The notes beneath the pieces were generated by a model. The model did no database searches and was not told where the DNA came from. It was given only the letters and a program-made list of their open reading frames with translations. A DNA stretch of 52,365 nucleotides from an uncultured Anaerolineaceae bacterium (lineage in GTDB: Bacteria; Chloroflexota; Anaerolineae; Anaerolineales; E44-bin32), in the NCBI GenBank assembly GCA_964353875.1, contig CAYGXU010000004.1:12937-65301 (forward strand). Direction: 5' to 3'. Of this stretch, positions 29,574-39,981 are shown one piece after another (the stretch's first letter is position 1; every line of letters starts with the position of its first letter). The position numbers and the translations under genes were made by a program.

Positions 29574-30637
29574 ATCAACCTCCCTCCTTTTTTGAATTGA
29601 ACTTCGAGGAATTGGGTGTTGCCCTCCAGGCCTGGGGAGAACCCGGCTATCGTGCTCTTCAAATCTGGCAGGGGATCTATCGGCAACTTCACACATCTCC
29701 CCTAGAATTATCAACACTGCCAAAAGACCTTAGAGCACATCTAGAAGAGGTCTATTCGTTTCAGCCCTGCAAGTTAATCACCTCAACTCATTCTAAAGAT
29801 CGAAATACAGAAAAAGTGCTGCTTCAATTATGGGATGGCCTTTCAATCGAAGCTGTTTTAATGCGCTATCAGCGTCGCAATACGGCTTGCCTCTCCTCCC
29901 AAGTCGGCTGTGCAATTGGATGTGTCTTCTGTGCCACAGGCCAAATGGGCTTTATGAGAAACCTGACGGCAGGGGAGATCGTTGGCCAGGCGCTTCACTT
30001 TTCTCGCCAACTAGCGTTCGAGGAGCAGTCACTAAGCAACATCGTCATGATGGGCATGGGCGAACCATTCCTTAATTACGAGGCAACCATGCGGGCGATA
30101 CAAATTCTGAATGACCCCCATGGGTTTGGATTTGGCGCCCGAAGGATGACCATCTCGACAGTAGGAATCATCCCCATGATTGAGCGATTCACACAGGAAA
30201 AAAGCGGGGTGAATCTGGCGATCTCACTGCATGCGGCCACGGATGATCTACGTAATAGGCTCATTCCCATTAATCGCCGTTACCCACTTGATGAACTGAT
30301 GAAAGCCTGCCGAAGATATGTTCAACAAACCAGCAGGCGGTTAACTTTCGAATGGGCATTGATCCATGGGGTCAATGATGGACTGGATCAAGCACGCGAA
30401 TTGATTCGCCTCTTGAAGGGGGTGATTTGTCATGTCAACCTTATCCCCCTCAATCCAACCCGCGACTATGATGCGGTTCCCGCCTCTCAGGGGACTGCAC
30501 GCGCATTTAAAGATTTGCTCGAGTCACAAGGGATTGCGGTCACCCTTCGACTTCGCCGAGGGATTGACATTAACGCTGGGTGTGGTCAATTGGCACTCCA
30601 AAAACAGAGCGCTGAAAGCGATCCAGGAAAGCAATGA
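29570..30637 (+). CDS. rlmN: 23S rRNA m2A2503 / tRNA methyltransferase RlmN (radical SAM)
   Basis: CLSSQVGCAIGCVFCATG, MGMGEP, SLHA, INAGCGQL. Confidence 0.94.
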   Translation: MNQPPSFFELNFEELGVALQAWGEPGYRALQIWQGIYRQLHTSPLELSTLPKDLRAHLEEVYSFQPCKLITSTHSKDRNTEKVLLQLWDGLSIEAVLMRYQRRNTACLSSQVGCAIGCVFCATGQMGFMRNLTAGEIVGQALHFSRQLAFEEQSLSNIVMMGMGEPFLNYEATMRAIQILNDPHGFGFGARRMTISTVGIIPMIERFTQEKSGVNLAISLHAATDDLRNRLIPINRRYPLDELMKACRRYVQQTSRRLTFEWALIHGVNDGLDQARELIRLLKGVICHVNLIPLNPTRDYDAVPASQGTARAFKDLLESQGIAVTLRLRRGIDINAGCGQLALQKQSAESDPGKQ

Positions 30638-30886
30638 TGCGCGGCTCTCACTAGCTTGAGTTGCGGGGATGTTCACAAAATGCTAACAGCGCTTACACCA
30701 GATGCAGGAAGACCAACTTTCAAGGATACACGAAATCAATCTCAGTAAATGCTGTTAAGCTAGATCGCTCCAGGTCTAGATACGGAAGCCCAAGCAGAAT
30801 GTTGGGAGTATAACCGTAGCGCGGCTTTCTACCGCAACCAAAGATTAGCGCGGATCGTGCAAATGTTCACCTGGAATACAATAAAA

Positions 30887-31351
30887 TTATTGGAAGCGGA
30901 TCAGCCAGGAATCGTATTGGTTCCCTTCAACAGCCCATCCTTCCTCACCCGTGCCCATCGATTGAACCTCCCACCAGACGAGTTGATCCAGGCAAATTGG
31001 GCCATCGACAATCCTGAGGACATCATTGGGTTGGACGGATCCCGACACCGATCCGCTGATGCCCGGTTGCGCACGAAGGCGAATTGAGTAGCGCATCCCC
31101 TCTTTGATAATGACTGTGATCCCCAACTCCAGTCGTGAGGGAGGACCATCATCGCCACAAGGCTGCCATATGCCGAGATCAGCCCCTGAACCTGGGATGC
31201 TAACCGGCGTGGGCGTCCAGGCTGGCGGCAGTTTGAGGAAATCTCCGGCATCGGGCGTACCTTCGCCTGTGCTTGTTCCCTGGTTTCCAAGACAACCGGT
31301 AAGGAACATCGCGAATATCAGAAAAAAGATCCATCGCGACTTCTTCATCAC
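30887..31351 (-). CDS. Lipoprotein with an SH3b-like domain
   Basis: Lipobox LTG-C; LPPAWTPTP linker; RLRAQPG...GP.C...WWEV...GWAVEG. Confidence 0.8.
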   Translation of the reverse strand: MMKKSRWIFFLIFAMFLTGCLGNQGTSTGEGTPDAGDFLKLPPAWTPTPVSIPGSGADLGIWQPCGDDGPPSRLELGITVIIKEGMRYSIRLRAQPGISGSVSGSVQPNDVLRIVDGPICLDQLVWWEVQSMGTGEEGWAVEGNQYDSWLIRFQ

Positions 31352-31915
31352 TTTCTTACTCCTCCCACAAAAAGTTCTTTCTTTCTACCCTTCATTTGAT
31401 TATCTGAACAGAGTGGTTGATTGGGAATATCTCATGTTATCACCACCCCTCGGAACAATCTTTACCTTCTATTTTAACGGAAGGCAAGCTACTCTTCCAA
31501 TGGACCATTCGGCCTATTTAATTAGGAAATCTCGCCCTTCAAAACTCTGCCATTTATCCGTTGAAAGGTACTGTATAAGCCGATTTTATATATCGTTTTA
31601 TCACGGTCTGAAGAAAATCTATCTGTTAGATCACATAAAAGGTCAGACAGGGACCAACTCTCTGGTTCCGCCTCGTGATGTGACCATTTTCCTGGCTGCT
31701 CTTACCCACATCTTAACCTCATTTTGCTTAACTGCTGATCTTCAATTCCAATCTGAACTGGCCGCGTCTTTGAATGCGAATGAGCTCCTCGTTTGTGCCA
31801 CCAAGATCTGCTATTGGTCGAAATTCGGTATGTAGTCCGCAAATATCGAGTCAGTGAGGATAGGAGGACATTCTTATGCATTTTTACCGCTCACACTTCT
31901 TCCCAAAACCGCTCC

Positions 31916-31944
31916 TTGTCAATTGCGTCCTGGAAAGGTATCAT
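31916..31944 (+). promoter_or_regulatory. Sigma70 promoter of rpe (leaderless geometry)
   Basis: TTGTCA-N17-TATCAT; ATG follows after 7 nt. Confidence 0.65.
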
Positions 31945-31951
31945 TGACCAA

Positions 31952-32638
31952 ATGAAAGACCATTACATCATTGCCGCTTCGATTTTGGCAGCTGATTTTG
32001 AGTGTCTTAGGGAAGAAATTAAACATGCGCAATCTGGAGGCGCCGATTGGATACACATCGACATCATGGATGGACATTTCGTTCCCAACATCTCAGTCGG
32101 ACCCATGATTGTAGCTGCCTGTCGAAGAGTTACTGATCTCCCCCTCAACGTACATCTCATGATCGAAGCGCCTGAAAGAATGTTAAAGCCTTTTGCTGAT
32201 GCTGGAGCTTCAGGCCTGATCGTTCATGCCGAGGATCATGTCCATTTGCATCGTACTCTGCAAAACATCAAAGAGCTCGGATTAGGAGCGGGGATCGCGA
32301 TTAACCCAGCCACACCAGTTTCTGCCTTATCTGAAGTGATTAATGAGATCAACTTAGTCCTCGTCATGACCGTTAACCCCGGATTTGGCGGCCAGGAATT
32401 GATTGAATCGACACTAAATAAGATTGGAAGGGTTAAAAAACTACGTGAACAGGACGCAAAAAGCCATTTCTTGATCGCGGTAGATGGTGGAATCCACCCA
32501 GGTACGATAGCCAGGGTGGCGGATGCGGGTGCGGATGTTTTCGTTGCCGGGAGCTCGATTTTTAAATACAAGGAAGGTATCGAAGCAGGTATCCAGGCAT
32601 TGAGAGATGCGCTTCGGGAAAAGGTTGCAGGAAAATAA
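31952..32638 (+). CDS. rpe: Ribulose-phosphate 3-epimerase
   Basis: HIDIMDGHFVPNIS, HLMI, MTVNPGFGGQ, VDGG. Start moved to MKDHY (31952). Confidence 0.96.
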   Translation: MKDHYIIAASILAADFECLREEIKHAQSGGADWIHIDIMDGHFVPNISVGPMIVAACRRVTDLPLNVHLMIEAPERMLKPFADAGASGLIVHAEDHVHLHRTLQNIKELGLGAGIAINPATPVSALSEVINEINLVLVMTVNPGFGGQELIESTLNKIGRVKKLREQDAKSHFLIAVDGGIHPGTIARVADAGADVFVAGSSIFKYKEGIEAGIQALRDALREKVAGK

Positions 32639-32659
32639 AAAGGTCGCACAGAGGCGACC
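32632..32659 (-). terminator. Intrinsic terminator of rpmB
   Basis: Minus strand GGTCGC-CTCTGT-GCGACC followed by TTTTTATTTT. Confidence 0.6.
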
Positions 32660-32692
32660 GAATGGCAATTACCGTAGTTGATGGATAAATGA

Positions 32693-32872
32693 TTAGAACC
32701 GTGACAACCGTTTAATACACTTGGCACAAAGCGTTTTTTGGACCCAATGCCCCTTCTCCATAATTTGCACGCGCTGCAAATTTGGGCGAAACTTACGTTT
32801 TGTTGCCTTCATGGAGAAGCTACGATTTTGACCAAAGGTAGTTGTTTTACCACAATGAGCACACTTAGCCAT
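32693..32872 (-). CDS. rpmB: 50S ribosomal protein L28 (59 aa, two CxxC motifs; not in ORF track)
   Basis: Manual translation MAKCAHCGKTTTFGQNRSFSMKATKRKFRPNLQRVQIMEKGHWVQKTLCAKCIKRLSRF; divergent from asp23-DAK2 as in the common cluster. Confidence 0.95.
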   Translation of the reverse strand: MAKCAHCGKTTTFGQNRSFSMKATKRKFRPNLQRVQIMEKGHWVQKTLCAKCIKRLSRF

Positions 32873-32986
32873 TTTAAGAAAATATCCTTTCTAAGATAAT
32901 CAAGGGTCTTCTGTGAACGAACGAAATCATACCACATGTCGATTTGACCTTCAATCCATAACTCTACGATGCGGGGAAGATCCATC

Positions 32987-33343
32987 ATGACAGGAGAAAA
33001 TACCATATTGGGTCGCATCCTTATCTCCCCCAAAGCGATGGCAACCATCGCGGCACAGGCGGTTATGCAATCCTATGGCATCGTTGGGATGGCCTCCAAA
33101 AATATCGTCGATGGGATTGCAGATATTCTGGCGCATGATCCGCGACACGGCGTTGATGTCAAAGAGTTGGATGGAGAAATCATCATTGACCTTTACATCA
33201 TTGTTGAATATGGAACCCGAATATCCTCGGTCGCCTCAAGCGTCGCCAATATTGTGCAGTATCAAATTGAACGTGCTGTGGGATTACCCGTTGCAGCGGT
33301 CAATGTCCATGTACAGGGACTGCGGGTAAGCAGCACAGATTAA
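32987..33343 (+). CDS. Asp23/Gls24 family protein (YloU-like)
   Basis: GRILISPKAMATIA...YGIVGM...IDLYIIVEYG...VNVHVQG. Confidence 0.92.
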   Translation: MTGENTILGRILISPKAMATIAAQAVMQSYGIVGMASKNIVDGIADILAHDPRHGVDVKELDGEIIIDLYIIVEYGTRISSVASSVANIVQYQIERAVGLPVAAVNVHVQGLRVSSTD

Positions 33344-33358
33344 ACCGGATGGATTGTC

Positions 33359-35053
33359 ATGAGTGAGGCCGATCAATCCACAGAAGAGATAACGCGTGAT
33401 TACCTGCTAGAGCGCTATCGAACCATTGACGGTCGAGAAATGCGTCGGTTGCTAGAGGCCGCTTTGACATGGCTTCGTACCAACCAGGAAGTGGTTAACG
33501 CGTTGAATGTCTTTCCTGTTCCAGATGGGGATACAGGAACGAACATGGTTCTTACTATGCAAGCTGCCTGGGATGAGATTGCTTCCATGGGGGAACGCTC
33601 GATAGGCAAATTATCGCGCGCGATCGCGCATGGCGCTCTCATGGGAGCCAGGGGAAACTCCGGTGTGATCCTTTCTCAGCTTTGGCGCGGCTTCGCCCGT
33701 ACGGTGGATGATCACCCTTTGATGGATGCCGCGCTTTTTGTAAATGCACTCAAAGAAGCACGAGAAACTGCCTATAAAGGTGTTGTTCGCCCTGTCGAGG
33801 GTACCATCCTCACCGTTTCTTCAGACGTCGCTCAGGCAGCCTCTGAGGCTTTCAATAACGGCGCTTCCTCGGTCTTCGAGATCCTTGAACGGATTGTACA
33901 GGCCGCCGATGACTCGGTTCAACGCACACCAGAACTACTTCCCATCCTAAAAGAAGCGGGGGTTGTGGATGCGGGTGGTCTTGGACTTTATTTCATCCTG
34001 GATGGCATGCTGCGTGTTACCTATGGGAAATCACTCGATCAAACCATCGCCACCGTTCAACCCCTGAGCGCAATTACAATGGATCATACGAGAGAAACCA
34101 TCGAACCTGGGCAGGATTGGGAAGTTGTGATCGACTTTCAACCCAACGAACCGTTGGATATTCAGAAGTTCTATCAGAAATTAGAAACCTTAGGGACTTC
34201 GATTCAGGTTGGTGAAGGGGATGGGTTGTATCGTTTGCACATTCATGTTGCTGATCCACGTGAGTACGAGCCAATCGAATACACAAAAACCATAGGAACG
34301 GTCACGAATATTGCCATTGAAAACCTCATGTCTCAAATAGATGGCAAATGCGGAGAGCAAAGTATAAACCAAATCCGCTTTACCTCCGTCGAACCAGGTC
34401 AAATTGCTGCCATCCCTGTCGCACCTGGCCTTGGTATTGCACGGGTTTTTGCTAGTTTGGGCGCCGCCAATATCATCGAAGGTGGTCAAACTATGAATCC
34501 TTGCACACAGGAAATCCTGGATTCCATCGAGAATCTGCCCACAGATAAGGTCATCCTATTGCCAAACAATAAAAACATCATCCTAACTGCAAAACAAGCA
34601 ACAGAATTAACTGTAAAGGATGTCAAAGTTGTCCCAACAACCTCTATTCCCCAAGGCATTGCAGCCATGTTAGCTCTTGAGCCGAATGGAAAATTTGAGG
34701 ATGTGGTGAAGTCGATGCAAATGGCTTGTAAGGAAATTCAAACCGGTGAGATAACTATTGCTACTCGATCAGTAGAAATCGATGGCGTCTCTGTTCGCGA
34801 AGGGCAAGTAATTGGATTATTAAATGGTAAACTTACCACTGCTGGTGATGAGCTAGATGAAACCTTGCTAAATTTACTCGAGTTATGCAGCGCAGGTCAG
34901 GCCGAATTAATCACATGTTATTATGGCGAAGATCTTTCCGCTATCCAAGCGAATACATTGGCTGATATTGTCCGAGAGAATTACCCCGATGTCGAAGTTG
35001 AAATAGTGGAAGGAAATCAACCTCACTACCAAATCATCCTCTCAGTTGAATAG
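33359..35053 (+). CDS. fakA: DAK2-domain protein / fatty acid kinase subunit A (YloV-like)
   Basis: NALNVFPVPDGDTGTNM, GARGNSGVILSQ, PVEGTILTV, GGQTMNP, LPNNKN. Confidence 0.92.
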   Translation: MSEADQSTEEITRDYLLERYRTIDGREMRRLLEAALTWLRTNQEVVNALNVFPVPDGDTGTNMVLTMQAAWDEIASMGERSIGKLSRAIAHGALMGARGNSGVILSQLWRGFARTVDDHPLMDAALFVNALKEARETAYKGVVRPVEGTILTVSSDVAQAASEAFNNGASSVFEILERIVQAADDSVQRTPELLPILKEAGVVDAGGLGLYFILDGMLRVTYGKSLDQTIATVQPLSAITMDHTRETIEPGQDWEVVIDFQPNEPLDIQKFYQKLETLGTSIQVGEGDGLYRLHIHVADPREYEPIEYTKTIGTVTNIAIENLMSQIDGKCGEQSINQIRFTSVEPGQIAAIPVAPGLGIARVFASLGAANIIEGGQTMNPCTQEILDSIENLPTDKVILLPNNKNIILTAKQATELTVKDVKVVPTTSIPQGIAAMLALEPNGKFEDVVKSMQMACKEIQTGEITIATRSVEIDGVSVREGQVIGLLNGKLTTAGDELDETLLNLLELCSAGQAELITCYYGEDLSAIQANTLADIVRENYPDVEVEIVEGNQPHYQIILSVE

Positions 35054-35055
35054 GT

Positions 35056-35913
35056 ATGTCCCGAATTCGAATCGTAACCGACAGCACAGCTCGTTTCCCC
35101 GTCCGGGGCTTCTTAGACAGATATCCGATTTCCATTGTTCCTTTAACTGTTCGTTTAGGAAAAAATACGCTTCTGGAAACCGAGAGCATGAAGCAGGAAG
35201 AATATAATGCGCTTTTTTCCAGTCGCGATATCCTTCCCATCACAGAAGCCCCTTCCATTGAAACCTTTGCCCAGATCTACAACCGTCTGAGGGAAGAAAC
35301 GGATCAGATTATCTCGATCCACACCTCATCCCAAATCATCCCCATTGTGGCCAATGCCTATGCGGCCAGCCAACGCTTTCTTGGTCGCTGTAATATTCAA
35401 GTAATCGATTCTCAAACCATCTCTGTTGGTCTTGGACTGCTTGTACAGACGGCAGCCGAGGCTGTTGCTGAAGGGAAGGACTTCGATACCTTAATTCGTA
35501 TTGTTCGGGGTATGATCCCACGTCTCTATCTTATTTTCTCTGTTGATGATCTAGCATATTTGGAGCATAATGGTTTAGTAAGCAGATCTCAGGCAATCTT
35601 AGGGAATATGCTGGGGATTATTGCCCTCTTAACGATTGAAGATGGCAAGATCATCCCGATGGAGAAAGTGCGTACACGCATCCGTTCGATTGAAAAGATG
35701 GTCGAGTTCACTTCAGAGTTTACTGCCGTGAACCATATTTCAATATTGCATGGCAGCGGTCAATCGGTTGACGAGTGTAAGACCTTGAAAGATCGACTTC
35801 ATGCTCTCTACCGCGATATTCCGATTACCATTGCAGAATATGGTCCTTCCGTTGCATCTTACATTGGACCGCGAAGCACTGGTGTTGTCGTATTAGAATC
35901 TCAGGATGAGTGA
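35056..35913 (+). CDS. DegV family protein (divergent copy)
   Basis: IVTDSTA, VIDSQTISVGLG, IGP; several family motifs altered. Confidence 0.87.
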   Translation: MSRIRIVTDSTARFPVRGFLDRYPISIVPLTVRLGKNTLLETESMKQEEYNALFSSRDILPITEAPSIETFAQIYNRLREETDQIISIHTSSQIIPIVANAYAASQRFLGRCNIQVIDSQTISVGLGLLVQTAAEAVAEGKDFDTLIRIVRGMIPRLYLIFSVDDLAYLEHNGLVSRSQAILGNMLGIIALLTIEDGKIIPMEKVRTRIRSIEKMVEFTSEFTAVNHISILHGSGQSVDECKTLKDRLHALYRDIPITIAEYGPSVASYIGPRSTGVVVLESQDE

Positions 35914-36766
35914 AGATATGTTAAAAAAATCTAAAATAGCAATAGTTACTGACAGTACTGCCGATATCCCAGAAAACGATCAAATAACATTTCAGATCGA
36001 AGTCGTCCCTGCAATATTGACTCTTGATGGGCAGACTTATATGGATGGGCGAGACCTGTCACGGATGGAATTCTACAGTCGTCTTCCAAGTCTCCAAAGA
36101 CCCCCGACCACAGCCGCGCCCTCAATTAAGCTCTTTGAAGATACCTATGAACGCCTGCTTTCAAGTGGTGTCGAACGTATCATATCGATCCATCTGCCAA
36201 CCACACTGAGCTCGATGTTGGATGTTGCTACTCAAGCAGCGAAATCATTCGGTGAGCGAGTTAAGGTCTTCGATAGTGGTCAAGTTTCACTGGGGATGGG
36301 ATTCCAGGCGATTGAAGCGGCTTCGGCGATATTGAAGGGCGCTTCCTTCGAAACGGTCTTGGAGATCGTGCAGCGCGCAAGGGAGAACATCCGTCTGATC
36401 GCCTTGATTGATACGCTCGAATTCCTTAAACGCAGTGGGCGTATCGGGTGGCTTAGCGCTGGCATAGGAAATCTGCTCCAAATCAAAGTCGTCTTGGAGC
36501 TTTTTAACGGAGTCGTAAATCGACTGGGTCAAGTCCGCACGCGTGGGAAGGCATTGGCCCAACTTGAGCAGATCGCTGAATCCTGGGGTGTGCTTGATCG
36601 TATGGCGGTTGCCCATTCAGCGATTTCTGAAGAAGCAGAAAACTTTGCTGAGAAAATTCGCCATCTCTGTAGAACTCAACCTTTGGTCATCGATGTGACC
36701 ACTGCGATTGGCGCACATATTGGCCCACGAGCCCTCGGCATCATTGGCCTGAGACAAATGGGATGA
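35906..36766 (+). CDS. DegV / FakB fatty-acid-binding protein
   Basis: IVTDSTADIP, TTAAPS, DSGQVSLGMG, LEFLKRSGRI, GAHIGP. Confidence 0.92.
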   Translation: MSEDMLKKSKIAIVTDSTADIPENDQITFQIEVVPAILTLDGQTYMDGRDLSRMEFYSRLPSLQRPPTTAAPSIKLFEDTYERLLSSGVERIISIHLPTTLSSMLDVATQAAKSFGERVKVFDSGQVSLGMGFQAIEAASAILKGASFETVLEIVQRARENIRLIALIDTLEFLKRSGRIGWLSAGIGNLLQIKVVLELFNGVVNRLGQVRTRGKALAQLEQIAESWGVLDRMAVAHSAISEEAENFAEKIRHLCRTQPLVIDVTTAIGAHIGPRALGIIGLRQMG

Positions 36767-36807
36767 AGGGCGTGCCAAGTCCTTCTTAAGACAAAAGCGG
36801 GTATGGA

Positions 36808-39354
36808 ATGAATCCAACGATCGAAAAGCTCGCAAAATTTTTGCATTTAGAGGCCGAACGAGGCTACGACAACCGCGCGGTTCTGGGTGGGCTGCAAAAT
36901 ATTCTTCAGATTTGGGAGAAGGAAGCCCAACAATCAGCGGTTCCCGAACAGCTTGCCCATGCTGTCATCTCACGCTTGCGCGATTATCCTAAACTAACTC
37001 CTGCCTCTCGCCGTGAAGTTCTCAATGGACTTTGGACACGGATATGCCATGAGTATCCTGAACTAAGTACGGTGATGGCCGAATTACCACCAGCCCAAAC
37101 GGACGAGCCTCAGAAGTCGGTACCAATCACTCCTCCCTCGGATGTAAAAACCGCCCCGCTTGTCAAAGAACCATTCACTGTTCTGCCCCAAGAGGATCAG
37201 GAACAGGCTGGGACAGAGACAATCCTCAAAACGGAAAAGAAAGCGACTGAGCGGAAGGCTTCACGTCGGGGCACGGCACCCCATCCACCGATTGCTTTGG
37301 AGGCCTCCCTCACCGTGCTTCCTGGTATTGGCGCTAAAACTGCCAACACTTTGGGAAAACTAGGTCTACACTCAATTGGCGATCTGCTATGGTATCTTCC
37401 TCGTCGCTACGATGATTACTCCGAACTTAAAACCATCAATCGATTGTGGTACGGGGAAGAGGTCACTGTCATCGGGACGGTTGAGGAAATCCATGTTCGC
37501 CTGGTACGCAATGGAAAAATGAAGTTGGTTGAAGCCCTAATAGGAGATAGCACCGGCTCATTGCGAGTTACCTGGTTTAATCAACCCTGGATTGCGGAGA
37601 AACTCCGTCCTGGGACGGGAGTGGCGCTCTCAGGACGAGTGGATCAGTATCTTGGTCACCTGACCATGAACAGCCCGGAGTGGGAACCTCTTGATCGAGT
37701 ACAGCTACATACCAGCCGTATTGTTCCAATCTACCCTTTGACGGCTGGGGTGACCGCAAAATGGCTTCGTCATGTGATTAGTTCCACTATCACCCGATAC
37801 GCGCAGCGATTACCCGATCCCCTGCCCGACTCCATCCGCAGAGATGCGGATTTATTGCCTTTAAGCATCACCCTGCAACAAATCCATTTCCCTGATGATT
37901 GGGACACACTCCAGCGAGCCCAGCACCGTCTGGCTTTTGATGAGATGTTTTATCTCCAGCTCGGCGTCCTTCTCCAGAAACTCGAATGGCAGCAATTAGA
38001 AACAAAGCCCTTAGTCATCAATCAGGCGCAGATCGATGGTTTCATCCAAAACTTGCCATTTGAGATGACCAAAGCGCAAAAACGTGCGCTGGAGGCAGTA
38101 CGAGCCGATCTCGAAACCCCCCATCCGATGAATCGATTACTACAAGGCGATGTCGGTTCAGGAAAGACAGTCGTCGCAGCCGTAGCAATTGCCATTACGG
38201 CTGCCAATGGTGCCCAATCTGCGTTTATGGCTCCGACCAGCATTCTAGCTGAACAACATCTCATGACCCTCAGGAGCATCCTCCCGCAGTGCGCGAGCAT
38301 ACCCGAACATCGAATTCGTCTCCTGCTTGGCTCGACACCCGAATCAGATAAAGCTGAGATCCGTGATGGGCTCGCTCGAGGGGCGATCCAAGTTGTTATT
38401 GGGACTCACGCACTCTTGGAAGAACCTGTGATCTTTGCCAATCTTGGCTTGGCCGTGATCGATGAACAACACCGCTTCGGAGTGAACCAGCGCGCCATAC
38501 TGCGTGCGAAAGGAAACAATCCCAACCTGCTGATAATGACTGCGACTCCTATTCCAAGATCGCTGGCCTTAACTCTCTATGGCGATTTGGATCTTTCGGT
38601 CATCGACGAAATGCCACCTGGCAGAAAACCGATCCAAACCCGAGTTCTCACCCCGGTCGAACGATTACGGGCTTATCAATTCATCAAGAGCCAAGTAGAT
38701 CAAGGCAGACAGGCATTTATTATTTATCCATTGGTGGAAGAATCCGAAAAGGTAAATGCCAAAGCTGCTGTTGCTGAGCATGTACGTCTCCAGAGTGAGT
38801 ATTTTGTCAATTATCAAATCGGCTTATTACATGGCAGGATGCGACCTGAGGAAAAAGAAGAGGTGATGCAGAAATTCCGTGCTGGAGAGTATCAAATCCT
38901 GGTATCTACTTCCGTTGTAGAAGTGGGTCTCGATATTCCCAACACGACAGTCATGCTTATTGAGGGCGCCAATCGTTTTGGCCTTGCTCAACTGCACCAA
39001 TTTCGAGGTCGTGTCGGTCGCGATGACCAACCCTCTTACTGCCTACTCATCCCCGATTCGATCGACGAAACAGATAATGAACGCCTCAAAGCGATGGAAT
39101 TAACCCAGGACGGATTTAAGCTGGCTGAGGTCGACCTAGAGCAACGTGGCCCTGGCGAGTTCCTAGGAACCCGTCAATCCGGCTTTGCTGAGTTACGCAT
39201 GGCGCGCCTCACAGATGTACGCTTGATCGAGAAAGCGCGTGAGCAAGCCAAGAAAATCTTTCAGAACGATCCTGACCTATCTCGTCCTGAACATCAAAGC
39301 CTCGCGGAAGCGATGAGACGCTTCTGGTCCACTGGAAGAGGAGAGATAAGCTGA
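36808..39354 (+). CDS. recG: ATP-dependent DNA helicase RecG with an N-terminal extension
   Basis: RLLQGDVGSGKT, DEQHRFGV, MTATPIPRSL, RFGLAQLHQFRGRVGR. Confidence 0.96.
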   Translation: MNPTIEKLAKFLHLEAERGYDNRAVLGGLQNILQIWEKEAQQSAVPEQLAHAVISRLRDYPKLTPASRREVLNGLWTRICHEYPELSTVMAELPPAQTDEPQKSVPITPPSDVKTAPLVKEPFTVLPQEDQEQAGTETILKTEKKATERKASRRGTAPHPPIALEASLTVLPGIGAKTANTLGKLGLHSIGDLLWYLPRRYDDYSELKTINRLWYGEEVTVIGTVEEIHVRLVRNGKMKLVEALIGDSTGSLRVTWFNQPWIAEKLRPGTGVALSGRVDQYLGHLTMNSPEWEPLDRVQLHTSRIVPIYPLTAGVTAKWLRHVISSTITRYAQRLPDPLPDSIRRDADLLPLSITLQQIHFPDDWDTLQRAQHRLAFDEMFYLQLGVLLQKLEWQQLETKPLVINQAQIDGFIQNLPFEMTKAQKRALEAVRADLETPHPMNRLLQGDVGSGKTVVAAVAIAITAANGAQSAFMAPTSILAEQHLMTLRSILPQCASIPEHRIRLLLGSTPESDKAEIRDGLARGAIQVVIGTHALLEEPVIFANLGLAVIDEQHRFGVNQRAILRAKGNNPNLLIMTATPIPRSLALTLYGDLDLSVIDEMPPGRKPIQTRVLTPVERLRAYQFIKSQVDQGRQAFIIYPLVEESEKVNAKAAVAEHVRLQSEYFVNYQIGLLHGRMRPEEKEEVMQKFRAGEYQILVSTSVVEVGLDIPNTTVMLIEGANRFGLAQLHQFRGRVGRDDQPSYCLLIPDSIDETDNERLKAMELTQDGFKLAEVDLEQRGPGEFLGTRQSGFAELRMARLTDVRLIEKAREQAKKIFQNDPDLSRPEHQSLAEAMRRFWSTGRGEIS

Positions 39355-39881
39355 TGATTCGCGCAGTATTTCCGGGAACCTTTGATCCGATCCATTATGG
39401 TCATATGGACATCGCCCAACGTGCTGTTCGCCTTTTCGATGAGCTTGTCGTTGCAGTTTACGATCGGCCTTTGAAAAATCTGTTGTTTTCTCCTCAGGAG
39501 CGCCTCGAACTGGTGAAGAAAGCATTCGAGCAAGAGAACCGCATCCAAGTTGAATTATTTAGTGGATTGATTGTAAGCTATTGTCGTCAAGTGGGATCCC
39601 AAGTCATTGTGCGTGGACTACGGGTTTTTTCCGATTTTGAACATGAGTTCCGGATGGCTCTGGCCAATCACCGCCTTGATCCCAGCATTGATGTGGTCGC
39701 ACTCATCACGAGCGAAGAACACAGTTTCCTCACTAGCTCAACTGTGAAAGAGATCGCTTCTCTCGGAGGGGATGTCACAAGTATGGTCCCCGAGCATGTC
39801 CGATATGCCTTAAAGGAACGCTTCAACGAGCTTGGTGAGGAAGGGATCGGTCGATTGGCGATGAATTCCCTTCGTGATTAA
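39354..39881 (+). CDS. coaD: Phosphopantetheine adenylyltransferase
   Basis: PGTFDPIHYGH, RGLR...DFEHE, SSTVKEIA. Confidence 0.96.
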   Translation: MIRAVFPGTFDPIHYGHMDIAQRAVRLFDELVVAVYDRPLKNLLFSPQERLELVKKAFEQENRIQVELFSGLIVSYCRQVGSQVIVRGLRVFSDFEHEFRMALANHRLDPSIDVVALITSEEHSFLTSSTVKEIASLGGDVTSMVPEHVRYALKERFNELGEEGIGRLAMNSLRD

Positions 39882-39981
39882 AGGCAGTTGCTCAAAAAGC
39901 ATTTTCAGTGTAGGCTTCGGCTTAAAACTTGCAACTACGTAGATAGCATGATAAAACCGGCGTCTTAGACCGGAGGCTCGA

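Noticed and set aside
29570-30637. Cfr resistance methyltransferase
   Set aside because: Motifs and housekeeping context fit RlmN; a phylogeny would be needed to exclude Cfr formally.
31793-31951. 53-aa N-terminal extension of Rpe
   Set aside because: Family similarity starts at MKDHYIIAASIL, and a promoter lies within the extension.
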